Positions 46,332 through 55,257 of a stretch of 64,000 bases of DNA are shown here, in pieces (the first letter of the stretch is position 1; the number at the start of each line of letters is the position of its first letter). The notes beneath the pieces were generated by a model, which worked only from the letters and a program-made list of their open reading frames with translations, was not told the DNA's origin and made no database searches. The position numbers and the translations under genes are program-made. The DNA is from a virus. The stretch is taken from IMG/VR virus record IMGVR_UViG_3300021599_000885. One strand, given 5' to 3'.

Positions 46332-48034
46332 TAGCATTTCCAGCGACGACGGGCTTTACAAATTGCTTTATCTGGGTCTTTTGAGCAATCAATGTTATGC
46401 ATGTCTTGCTGACCCTTAGAGCGAGCGCAGAAGGACTTTCTACGCTTTGATCTTCCTGGTCCAGGATCTTTCTCAGTTACGGCAGTCTTTAGTTTAGAAC
46501 CAGGATTCTCACGACGATAAGCATTAACTGCTTTCTGACTCATACCATCAGTTTTGTCTGACTTATTTACTTTCTGCCAATCTTCTTCCAGTTCTTCTCT
46601 CCAGTTAGAGTATCCTTCTTTTACACAGTTGGGAACCATTTTCCCACCCTTCTTTTTCATACCAACTTGCTTGTAACCATCCCAGCAAGGATCTTCTTTT
46701 GCTTCGGCAAAAGCATCTGTAGAAACACCATCAGCATAAGATGATTGACTTGGAGTTGCTCTCTTAAATCTAGGTTTTCTGCTTAGATTAGAGGGGAGTT
46801 GATTGTCTCCTACTTTTTTACCTAATGGATATTTTGGATCATATGCACTTTGCTCACTAACAAGAGGTTCTGGTTTAATCAGATCAATTGTTTCAATTTC
46901 AAGTGCCTTGAAGTCATCTCTCCAGTTGGAAAACTCATATCCCTCTTTTTTAGTTCCCCAGTTATCAGCACCAACTTTACGGCACTTAACTAATGCACCA
47001 GATGCATATGCACTTGGCCAAACGTCATATCTTGCCTTTACTTTCTTATAGCAAGCATCTTTTTTCTCATCAATCAATTGACCCTTAACTTCTGTCTCTT
47101 GTCTGAGTAACTTTAATGCTTCACGAGTAGCATCGTTGTGTCGTTGCATACCATATGAAGCATGACCAATACCAGTTCCAGGCTGAATTTTTTCACCTTT
47201 CTTAGCAGCTTCTACACCAGATTTCGAAGCCTGTTGTGCTCTACGAATTGCAGCAAGTCCAAGAGCACCAGCACCAAGAGCAAGACCACCAGCAACTAAA
47301 GGAGCAAGTTCATCAAGTTGCTCACCTTTTGGTTCAAAGTGTTGTGCTAGTTTTAGTTTACTATCACTAGGAAGTTCTAAAACATCTTCAGGTCTACCAC
47401 CAACTCCACCAGCAAGTTTTTTATTATCTCTAAACATTCTCCTAAGTGCATCAGCTCCACTTTCTCCGGGAAGAAGTTTAACTTGTTCTCTCACTATCTT
47501 TGCTTTACCCTTTCTATTTGGGTTTGGATCTTCTTTACGCTTCTTCTTTGCTCTCTTCTCTCTTTCATCCTTACTCATTGCTGCACGATCATCAGCATCG
47601 CGGCAGAATGGTTTGGTTTTTTGTCCTGGTTGTTTGGCACAAGGTTTTCCATCATACTTACCACCTGCCTGAACCCATCCACCACCAGAAAACCAGTCAC
47701 GGAGTGAGTAGTCTTTATCTTTAGCGGACTTGCCATCACGCTTACCTTCTTCCATATAAGAAGCAGCAGCATCTGTGTTGTGCTCCGTATCAGTCAACTT
47801 TGCTTGAACCCAAGCAGGAAGGTTATCTGCGTCAGTTTTCTTTGCAAGAACTCTTGCTACTTTTTGTAGATTATCAATAGACTTTTTGACCTGAGTCTTA
47901 GCCATTGAGACTTCATGGTCTTTTTCTTTTGCTTCATTCATTTTCTTTTTACGTCCCTGACAATGAGCACGCTGAGAAAACCCTTTTGGGTTGTCGCAAT
48001 CAATCGATTTTTTATATTTCTCAGACCAACCCAT
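46331..48034 (-). CDS. Modular basic, Cys-rich protein (putative polyprotein)
   Basis: 567 aa of short modules with paired Cys separated by hydrophobic-x-E; late promoter at about 48057-48065. Confidence 0.8.
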   Translation of the reverse strand: MGWSEKYKKSIDCDNPKGFSQRAHCQGRKKKMNEAKEKDHEVSMAKTQVKKSIDNLQKVARVLAKKTDADNLPAWVQAKLTDTEHNTDAAASYMEEGKRDGKSAKDKDYSLRDWFSGGGWVQAGGKYDGKPCAKQPGQKTKPFCRDADDRAAMSKDEREKRAKKKRKEDPNPNRKGKAKIVREQVKLLPGESGADALRRMFRDNKKLAGGVGGRPEDVLELPSDSKLKLAQHFEPKGEQLDELAPLVAGGLALGAGALGLAAIRRAQQASKSGVEAAKKGEKIQPGTGIGHASYGMQRHNDATREALKLLRQETEVKGQLIDEKKDACYKKVKARYDVWPSAYASGALVKCRKVGADNWGTKKEGYEFSNWRDDFKALEIETIDLIKPEPLVSEQSAYDPKYPLGKKVGDNQLPSNLSRKPRFKRATPSQSSYADGVSTDAFAEAKEDPCWDGYKQVGMKKKGGKMVPNCVKEGYSNWREELEEDWQKVNKSDKTDGMSQKAVNAYRRENPGSKLKTAVTEKDPGPGRSKRRKSFCARSKGQQDMHNIDCSKDPDKAICKARRRWKC

Positions 48035-48048
48035 TTTCAGGTTATAAA

Positions 48049-48471
48049 CTATTCCTTATTATTTAGAAAACCTTGCTTGAGTAGTTTTTGAAGTTCTGAT
48101 GTTGATCCAACAAAAACTGCATTGTTAGTTACTGTATTTGGACCCTTATTGTTACCAACATCTTCTTCAACATCTTTAAGTTTTTTCTGAAGATCTATTA
48201 GTTTATCAGTTGTATCCGCAACACTTTTAATTAACTGACCCGCAACTTCATATGCTCTTGGACTCCCCCCTTCACCGGCAAGTTCCATGATTCCATTGAT
48301 TGCTTCTTGTCCCTTTTCTATAAGTGAATATAGATTTGCTCTCGTATATTCATAATCTTTTTTAATATCAGTTTTCTGTTCGGGTTTTTGAATACTTTTG
48401 GGAGTATCATCAACCTCAACAATACTACTCTCAACATTTAGAGCATCGTCAATAGAATCAAATTCAGACAT
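48049..48471 (-). CDS. gp16: Terminase small subunit gp16
   Basis: DYEYTRANL...PRAYEVAGQLIK...NNAVFVGSTSEL. Confidence 0.92.
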   Translation of the reverse strand: MSEFDSIDDALNVESSIVEVDDTPKSIQKPEQKTDIKKDYEYTRANLYSLIEKGQEAINGIMELAGEGGSPRAYEVAGQLIKSVADTTDKLIDLQKKLKDVEEDVGNNKGPNTVTNNAVFVGSTSELQKLLKQGFLNNKE

Positions 48472-48477
48472 AAGTTA

Positions 48478-49278
48478 TTAAATATCAGTTTGTTGTGTTG
48501 GACTGTAAGACTTAGAATCTCCAAAATATTCCCAAGTTTCTGTGAATCCAAAGTCGTCGCCAGGATCTGCGTTTATTGGATCTGGAACTGCTGTATATCT
48601 AACTTCTCTCTTCGCAGTTTGTGTATTTGTATCTGAGTACATATCAACAATAACCTTACGAATGAGACCTTCTGGATTATCAGCAACAGGACCGAATAGA
48701 TAAGTTTTAGCGGTAAACTGTAAAGTATATATTAATGCTCTTCTTGTGGAGAAGTCTCCTTCATAGTCATCTTGCATTCCAACGCTGTTTAGAACTACTG
48801 GAATATCTCTTTTTTCTCCAATTGAGTCTACTAAGTCTATGGTTAAATTAAACGATGGTTGGAAGTAAGGTAAAATTTGCTCAACAATTTGTAAAGCATC
48901 ATCATTCAACTTACAAAAAATACTCAGTTCAAATCCAATGTTATATGGAACAGGCATAAAAACCTTTTTCATTCGATCATTATCATCGACCGCTCTAAAA
49001 GTCTGAGTTATACCAGTTTTTCTTGAGGCATCATATTCAATAGAAGTCATTTCAAACGACATTCTTGGTAAAGTAATTTGAACTGGTTTGTCCAGGTTTG
49101 CTTGCTGCTCAAGTCTTGCTAGAAACTTTTGAGAAGGACCATAAGCTAGAGGAACACTTACAACACTATTGATATTTCCACTGCCATCTTTGTGTTTAAT
49201 ATCAATTTGGTTAAATAGAGTTCCAAATGCTATAATAGTTTTACGAATTATTTCGTGATAGTAATAAGTTCCTAACAT
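48478..49278 (-). CDS. gp15: Tail sheath stabiliser gp15
   Basis: YYHEIIRK...FGTLFN...VPLAYGP...LPRMSFE...QILPYFQP. Confidence 0.93.
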   Translation of the reverse strand: MLGTYYYHEIIRKTIIAFGTLFNQIDIKHKDGSGNINSVVSVPLAYGPSQKFLARLEQQANLDKPVQITLPRMSFEMTSIEYDASRKTGITQTFRAVDDNDRMKKVFMPVPYNIGFELSIFCKLNDDALQIVEQILPYFQPSFNLTIDLVDSIGEKRDIPVVLNSVGMQDDYEGDFSTRRALIYTLQFTAKTYLFGPVADNPEGLIRKVIVDMYSDTNTQTAKREVRYTAVPDPINADPGDDFGFTETWEYFGDSKSYSPTQQTDI

Positions 49279-50657
49279 TAGTAAGTACCGAATGGATTAG
49301 ACTGTGAAAAGTCCAAAATGAGATCTGCTGCTGCTTCAATTTCTTCATTTTGTCTATATTTATCTGTCTCTGTATTCGCCACAGAAACTCTAGTTTCATA
49401 AACAGCACCAGATTTTGATCCAGTAATTGTTTCACCCGGATAGAACGAACCAGTTACAATACCAACTCTTAGAATATTGGTATCTGTATCCCAGTTTTTA
49501 ACTCTTGCTGTAGATCCAGATCTCGATCCAGTTACAAGTTCGTTGAACCAGAATGTTCCAATACCAGTCGTCGCGGCAGCTGCAACTGTTACTGTTGGTG
49601 CAGAGAAGAATCCTGCTCCAGCATCTGTAATATAAATTGCACTGACAGTTCCAGCAGCACTTACAATAGAAGTTGCAGCTGCTGGTAGATTTGGCGACAG
49701 TGATGGTAGTGAGAAAGAAACCGATGGCGCAGTAGAGTAACCAGCTCCACCATCGTTAACAACAACATTAACAACACCTTTTCTATCGGTAATGATTCCA
49801 CAAGTAGCAGCTGCACCAGTTCCACCACCACCAGTAATAGTGATAGTTGGTGCTACAGTGTACCCAGTACCAGCATGAGTAATAAGAATTTCTTTAATAG
49901 AAGTTATACTATTTCTAGTTGTTGTAATAGCAACTGCTTGAGCGTTGGTTCCTCCGGAAGGTGCCGTTGTAATTGCAACTGTTGGTGTTCCTGTAAATCC
50001 AGATCCATCGTTGTTGAGGAAAATTTGTCTTATATAACCAGTCCCAATACTGGCAGTTGCTGTTGCTCTTGTTCCACTGGAATACATTGATAGATCAATA
50101 ATGTTTCCAATATCCTCAAGAACTTCATCTATTTCGTCGATAGAAGTATCTAGAACTTCATCCTCATATTCGAAGAGTTCACATTGAAGTTCATAAACAT
50201 AATTTTTTCCCAGTTGATAGAAAGGTTTTTCATGCTCAACAAACTTTACTTCAAACAATCTCTTTCCAAGTGGGAAGTATACTAAATCACCTTCTCTTGG
50301 TCTATCAAAAACAGTAATTTCTGTATCATCTTCACCGTCCAAAAATGGCGAGATGAAATCCTCAAATCTTTCTTTTGAGATTACTAATGATACTTCATCC
50401 CTAACACTAACACCAAACTTGGTCATAATATCTCCAGCACCACTATAACCATCATAGTTATTGAGATATGCTTCTAATAAAAAATTATCGTCAAAAACGG
50501 ATGATTGTATCTCTTCAATGATAGTTTGTTTTCTTACAAACTTTCTTGGAATATAAGTTACTTCGATACCATATATTTTGAGTTGTTCATTGATCAACTC
50601 TTGTATTAATCTTTGTTCTCCAGAAGAACCTTGTAAGAAAAAGGGATTAAGTGCCAT
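49278..50657 (-). CDS. gp14: Neck protein gp14 with Gly/Thr-rich insertion
   Basis: RPREGDLVYFP, FEVKFVEHEKPFYQLG, DFSQSNPFG. Confidence 0.9.
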   Translation of the reverse strand: MALNPFFLQGSSGEQRLIQELINEQLKIYGIEVTYIPRKFVRKQTIIEEIQSSVFDDNFLLEAYLNNYDGYSGAGDIMTKFGVSVRDEVSLVISKERFEDFISPFLDGEDDTEITVFDRPREGDLVYFPLGKRLFEVKFVEHEKPFYQLGKNYVYELQCELFEYEDEVLDTSIDEIDEVLEDIGNIIDLSMYSSGTRATATASIGTGYIRQIFLNNDGSGFTGTPTVAITTAPSGGTNAQAVAITTTRNSITSIKEILITHAGTGYTVAPTITITGGGGTGAAATCGIITDRKGVVNVVVNDGGAGYSTAPSVSFSLPSLSPNLPAAATSIVSAAGTVSAIYITDAGAGFFSAPTVTVAAAATTGIGTFWFNELVTGSRSGSTARVKNWDTDTNILRVGIVTGSFYPGETITGSKSGAVYETRVSVANTETDKYRQNEEIEAAADLILDFSQSNPFGTY

Positions 50658-51514
50658 TATCCAATAAAATCGAGAGGTGGTAGTTCATAATCCATAGACA
50701 TACGAGATTGAATCTCTGCAAGTTCTCTTTCAGCATCATCATATAATTGTCTACCATTAAGTTCAATTCCACCAGGAAGTTTTACACCATTGAACTTGAT
50801 TAAGTTTTGACCCCACTGGCGTTTAATAAGAGCAGTTAGGTATCTCTTTAAGAAACTATCATTATAAACACCAGTATATGAATCTGGATCTAATATTCTA
50901 TGGCAGTCAATAATAATATAGTCATTTTCACTCATACTCTTCCAATCAATATCCAGATACAATCTATCTTGTCTCTTATTGTATCTAATTTGTTTATCTG
51001 GAGTTAAAAGGAAGTCAATATCCTCCAAATAAGTTTTCGTCATTGCATATTGCAATAGTTCAACCGAATTGAAGTAGTAGAGATCATTCAAAAACAGTTG
51101 ATATTTGATACTAAACATTCCACCAGAAATAGAACTAGTATCAAACTTAAAGATTTTTTCAATTCCAATAACAGAATCTGGAACCTGAATGAAATTGGAA
51201 GTTTCGTAGTAATTTGAAGTGGTTGTCCCATAACCACTGATAGTCGTTGAAGTAGCACTTGTAGTTACGATACCTGCGGTATTTGTGCTTCCAGATTCGT
51301 TTGATGCCCTTCCTCTATCTAAGTCTGCTTGAGTGAATCTATACTTCAGATACATTCTCTCAACACCATCAAAATGACGCTCTTGAAAATACTGAAGAGC
51401 ATCATCTACCAGGTCGTCAATTTGATCATCATCAACGTTGATCTCCAAAACTGGAGCGCCCAAACGTCTCAAACAATAATCGATAAGTCCTTGGCGTGTT
51501 GATGGTTTTGCCAT
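50657..51514 (-). CDS. gp13: Neck protein gp13
   Basis: YCLRRLGAPVLEINV, QWGQNLIKF, LPGGIELNG. Confidence 0.93.
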   Translation of the reverse strand: MAKPSTRQGLIDYCLRRLGAPVLEINVDDDQIDDLVDDALQYFQERHFDGVERMYLKYRFTQADLDRGRASNESGSTNTAGIVTTSATSTTISGYGTTTSNYYETSNFIQVPDSVIGIEKIFKFDTSSISGGMFSIKYQLFLNDLYYFNSVELLQYAMTKTYLEDIDFLLTPDKQIRYNKRQDRLYLDIDWKSMSENDYIIIDCHRILDPDSYTGVYNDSFLKRYLTALIKRQWGQNLIKFNGVKLPGGIELNGRQLYDDAERELAEIQSRMSMDYELPPLDFIG

Positions 51515-51735
51515 TAGAATTCCTCAGCAGATAAATTATCCGTCTTTTGTGTGGATTTTTTCTTCGTTTGCAATTTACTCAATTCTTCCTCTTGCTCATT
51601 CACTTTCTTTTTGAGAGCATCAATGGTTTGATTAGCAACCATAATCTTTGCTTCTAAAGCAACAGTTTGTGAAAATAAATCTGATGCTTTTTGCTGATAT
51701 ACTAAAATCATGCTTCTGTAATCAGTTTCATTCAT
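51514..51735 (-). CDS. Small coiled-coil protein
   Basis: Heptad pattern; TATAAATA upstream. Confidence 0.7.
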   Translation of the reverse strand: MNETDYRSMILVYQQKASDLFSQTVALEAKIMVANQTIDALKKKVNEQEEELSKLQTKKKSTQKTDNLSAEEF

Positions 51736-51744
51736 AATTGATAC

Positions 51745-51769
51745 AAAAAAAGGTGGGACTTGCCCACCT
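51745..51769 (-). terminator. Rho-independent terminator
   Basis: AGGTGGG/CCCACCT stem followed by a T-run. Confidence 0.75.
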
Positions 51770-51792
51770 ATATTTATAATCGCTAGTTAATT

Positions 51793-54249
51793 TTAGAATG
51801 ATCCACCATCTATGGTGATATTTTCCAGACTTCTTGTAGATCCACTACAGGAGATAACCTGCGACTGACCAGCACAATCATTAACCCACAGAGAGCCAAT
51901 TTCAAAATCTGCATATGTGATACTACCCATAACACTGGTAGTTTCAGTAACTTGTGAAGCAACTACGATTCTTCCAGCACTGTCGTCCCAGAACATAGCA
52001 GCGGTCTTAGCGGAACCGCTGTAGTAATGTAGAACAATACCAACGTCAATGTTTGCGTCGGAAGAAGGAGCAACAAGTGAACCACCGCTGTTGACTAGAC
52101 CAACCTCAATCAGAGAATCTTCAACTTTCAGAGTCTCTGTATTGATGATGGACTGAGTTCCAAGAACGGTGAAGTTTCCGTTAACAGTCAGATCATCAGC
52201 AACCGTAACTGTTCCACCAGTTGAATCGAGTGTTAGACCACCAGATGAGGTAGAAACTGTGTTACCATCAATGGTTACGTTATCAACAGCAGCGGCACCC
52301 GTTACGGTAAGTGTAGTACCATTGAAGGTTAAGTTTCCACTATCCTCAATAGCGCCTGAAGTACCAGCAAGAACAACACGACCTGAAGTTAGATCTGATA
52401 CTGTTGCAGACGAAAGAACTGTTTCAGCACCAGAAACATTTAGACCGCCATTAAAGTCAACAGCACCAGTTACTGTAAGACCAGCACCAACAACAGCATC
52501 TTTTGTAACAGCGATGGAATCTGTGACTGATAAATCGCCAGTTACTGTGAGAGTTGAACCATCAAAGGTTAGGTTTCCACTATCCTGGAGAGCACCTGAA
52601 GTACCAGCAAGGACAACACGACCAGAAGTGAGGTCTGATACTGTTGCTGAGGATAATACAGTTTCTCCACCTGAAATATTAGCACCACCATTACCATCAA
52701 TAGCGCCAGTTACTGTAAGACCAGCACCGATAACAACATCAGTTGCGGAAAGATTTGCGATAGTTGAAACGCCTGTGGAATTTATATTTCCACTTACGTT
52801 ACCTGTTAAGTCTCCCTGTACTCCACCGCTTGCATAGAAATTAGTAGCAGATACCGAGTTATTACTTGCAGTTACACCACTACCAACAGCAAGGACAACT
52901 CCATTTGCCATTGATGTGGTTCCAATAGCAAGAGCATAGTTAAATGCAAATGCATCAGTTTCAAATCCAAGAGTCCCACTCTTGAACCACATTAACTGTT
53001 TATAAGTATCTGGAAGTGTGTTAATACCAGATGCAGCAAATGATACTAATGGAGATCCCTCAGTAGATGCAATTGCCACTCCAGCATGATTAGCGGTATC
53101 CTCATTAGGAGTAATGGAAGTTGTATATCCAAGAATAATATCTTTGTTTTCAATAAAAACATCTTGCCCTCTAAGAGCAACAAAGGTTCCTCCAATTGTT
53201 ACATTTCCACTAACATTAATATCGCCACCAACGTTTAGATTCCTCTGTATTCCTACACCACCATCAATAATTACAGCACCATTATCATAAGATGTCGATT
53301 CGGTAGTTCCCGTGAATGAAACAATTCCAGAAAGTACTGAGTTTCCATGTGATGCAAAACTTTCATCAACTTCAAATATTCCATTTACGAAAAGATCATC
53401 TAAAATATGTAAATTATAAATTGTAGAGAATCCAGCAACATTAATTCCATTATTACCAACTACTATTCCATTAAAAGTGGAAAAACCAGTTACATTTAAG
53501 TTTTCGCTAAGATTTAAACTTCTTGCGTAAATATCTGCCCATCTATTAGATAATGATCCCAGATCATAATATACATCTGTGGTTGGGATAAGATCGGATG
53601 CAAATTCTCCGCCAACAATAACATCATCAGATCCAGAATCACCAAGATTAATTGTTCCGCCACGGAATGTTACTACACCGACAAACTCCGAATATCCACC
53701 AACATGTAGGTTTTGCTTAACCGTTAGGTTTTTAGCAATACCCATACCTCCGTCAAGTTGAACGGAACCAGTATTTTCGTCACCTAAAGTATTATCCGTA
53801 GTGTTGGTTACAGTTGTAATACCAGAGATATCAGTGGATGCTTCAATATTCAGATGACCCTGAATCGTGGTAATACCAGTCAGAGCTGAGTTAGCAGAAC
53901 CAGCACCCCAAGTTAGATTTCCATTTCCATCATTAGTGAGAACGGAACTTACAGCACCTTGAGTTCCTGGGAAAGTATATGTTACAATACCAGCAAGAGA
54001 TGCTGGTGCCGCAAGACTAATATAGTCCGAACCATTTGAACTACCTTCAACAAGGTTAACTGCAGAACCAGTACTTTCAGTTTCTACTCTCCAAAATCTG
54101 GATGAACCTACAAATTTATTAGTTGCTGTTTCTGAAGTTAAACCAACATATAGATCGTATCTATCTGTTGTAAACCCGGGTTCACCTGCCCTCAATCCTG
54201 GGAGATTATTAAATAGACCCCTCTTAAACTGTAATACAGGAGCAGCCAT
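51793..54249 (-). CDS. Tail-fibre-like structural protein
   Basis: LQFKRG...LRAGEPGFTTD...LYVG N-terminal fibre motif; Gly/Thr/Ser-rich repeats; ends IDGGSF. Confidence 0.75.
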   Translation of the reverse strand: MAAPVLQFKRGLFNNLPGLRAGEPGFTTDRYDLYVGLTSETATNKFVGSSRFWRVETESTGSAVNLVEGSSNGSDYISLAAPASLAGIVTYTFPGTQGAVSSVLTNDGNGNLTWGAGSANSALTGITTIQGHLNIEASTDISGITTVTNTTDNTLGDENTGSVQLDGGMGIAKNLTVKQNLHVGGYSEFVGVVTFRGGTINLGDSGSDDVIVGGEFASDLIPTTDVYYDLGSLSNRWADIYARSLNLSENLNVTGFSTFNGIVVGNNGINVAGFSTIYNLHILDDLFVNGIFEVDESFASHGNSVLSGIVSFTGTTESTSYDNGAVIIDGGVGIQRNLNVGGDINVSGNVTIGGTFVALRGQDVFIENKDIILGYTTSITPNEDTANHAGVAIASTEGSPLVSFAASGINTLPDTYKQLMWFKSGTLGFETDAFAFNYALAIGTTSMANGVVLAVGSGVTASNNSVSATNFYASGGVQGDLTGNVSGNINSTGVSTIANLSATDVVIGAGLTVTGAIDGNGGANISGGETVLSSATVSDLTSGRVVLAGTSGALQDSGNLTFDGSTLTVTGDLSVTDSIAVTKDAVVGAGLTVTGAVDFNGGLNVSGAETVLSSATVSDLTSGRVVLAGTSGAIEDSGNLTFNGTTLTVTGAAAVDNVTIDGNTVSTSSGGLTLDSTGGTVTVADDLTVNGNFTVLGTQSIINTETLKVEDSLIEVGLVNSGGSLVAPSSDANIDVGIVLHYYSGSAKTAAMFWDDSAGRIVVASQVTETTSVMGSITYADFEIGSLWVNDCAGQSQVISCSGSTRSLENITIDGGSF
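52300..52735 (-). repeat. Internal tandem duplication (240-nt / 80-aa period) in the fibre gene
   Basis: Two copies of GAGLTVTGA..NGG.N.SG.ETVLSSATVSDLTSGRVVLAGTSGA..DSGNLTF.G.TLTVTG. Confidence 0.85.
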
Positions 54250-54292
54250 TTTTTAACTTTACCTTTTTTATCTATTTATTCCAAAAAATTAT

Positions 54293-54529
54293 TCAAAAAT
54301 TTCCATAATCAATTACATCATTAGGTACTGCATCAGCAAGATCCATTACATATGCTGGAGTAACATGTATATACTTATTAGTTGTTGAATCATACATCAA
54401 AATAGAATAATTTGCTTTAGCAGTTATATCAACGTCAGTTAAATCTGCAACAGATGATGTTGCAGATTTGTTGGAAGCAATAACTCTGATTCCTTGTTTT
54501 TGACCGACCCTAACATTGATGTTTGCCAT
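54293..54529 (-). CDS. Small fibre-associated protein
   Basis: LTDVD...ILMYDSTTNKY; ends IDYGNF. Confidence 0.65.
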   Translation of the reverse strand: MANINVRVGQKQGIRVIASNKSATSSVADLTDVDITAKANYSILMYDSTTNKYIHVTPAYVMDLADAVPNDVIDYGNF

Positions 54530-54867
54530 TAGCGAGTAACTCCTTTACTTACCAATACCATTCCCTCAACGACTCTTGTTATATATGAAAAAGAATCTGT
54601 AACAACTACATCATAAACATACCTGCCTTCTTTTAGGTTTGCTGTTTGTGTTGTAGATAAACCAATTCTAATTTGTCCACCAGCACTACTATAAACACTA
54701 GTAGTAAATGTAGTTACACCAGTAGCACCGGGATGTTTTCTCATTTCAGCTTTAACAGTATATCCACTTAAATTGAGTGCAGAATTAGTTCCAGCATCTT
54801 CTAACGTGAAAACTTGACTGAAATCAGTTCCACCATTGATAACAATATTACTAACGTAAACAGACAT
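54529..54867 (-). CDS. Baseplate/fibre adaptor-like protein
   Basis: GTDFSQVF...NLSGYT...EMRK...GRYVYDV...RVVEG. Confidence 0.7.
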   Translation of the reverse strand: MSVYVSNIVINGGTDFSQVFTLEDAGTNSALNLSGYTVKAEMRKHPGATGVTTFTTSVYSSAGGQIRIGLSTTQTANLKEGRYVYDVVVTDSFSYITRVVEGMVLVSKGVTR

Positions 54868-54892
54868 CTTATCAAATGGTCTTTACAAGTAT

Positions 54893-55072
54893 TTATGCTA
54901 AACCAGAGATAGCAAAGTTCTTGATAACTTCTTGTTGTTTGAGATAAAGTTTAAAATAAGATTTAGCGAAACTTTTTAACTCATCAACATCCAATTCGTC
55001 AATAAGTCTAGAGAACTTTTCATACTCGAACATTTTATTGATCGACTCTAGTTCAATTTTGTCTGGATCCAT
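54893..55072 (-). CDS. 59-aa helical protein, possible NblA-like
   Basis: Likely start MDPDKIELES; size and hydrophobic register resemble NblA. Confidence 0.45.
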   Translation of the reverse strand: MDPDKIELESINKMFEYEKFSRLIDELDVDELKSFAKSYFKLYLKQQEVIKNFAISGLA

Positions 55073-55256
55073 TGATAATCTCCATAAGTAGGGATTTGAT
55101 TTCACTAATATCTGTTTTTATTTGATCAATTTCTTCTCTTTGTTTTCTTCTTTCCGATCTCAATTTAACATACTGCAAATATTCAGTTGTATCAGTATTA
55201 ACAATAGCACCCGAATCTTCACGAAACAGGTGCTTATGACCTTCAACTCTTTTCAT
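55053..55256 (-). CDS. Small hypothetical protein
   Basis: VEGHKHLFREDSGAIVNTD followed by a coiled coil. Confidence 0.75.
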   Translation of the reverse strand: MKRVEGHKHLFREDSGAIVNTDTTEYLQYVKLRSERRKQREEIDQIKTDISEIKSLLMEIINGSRQN

Positions 55257-55257
55257 C

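Noticed and set aside
52169-52837. 222-aa plus-strand ORF with repeats
   Set aside because: Antisense of the repeated region of the fibre gene.
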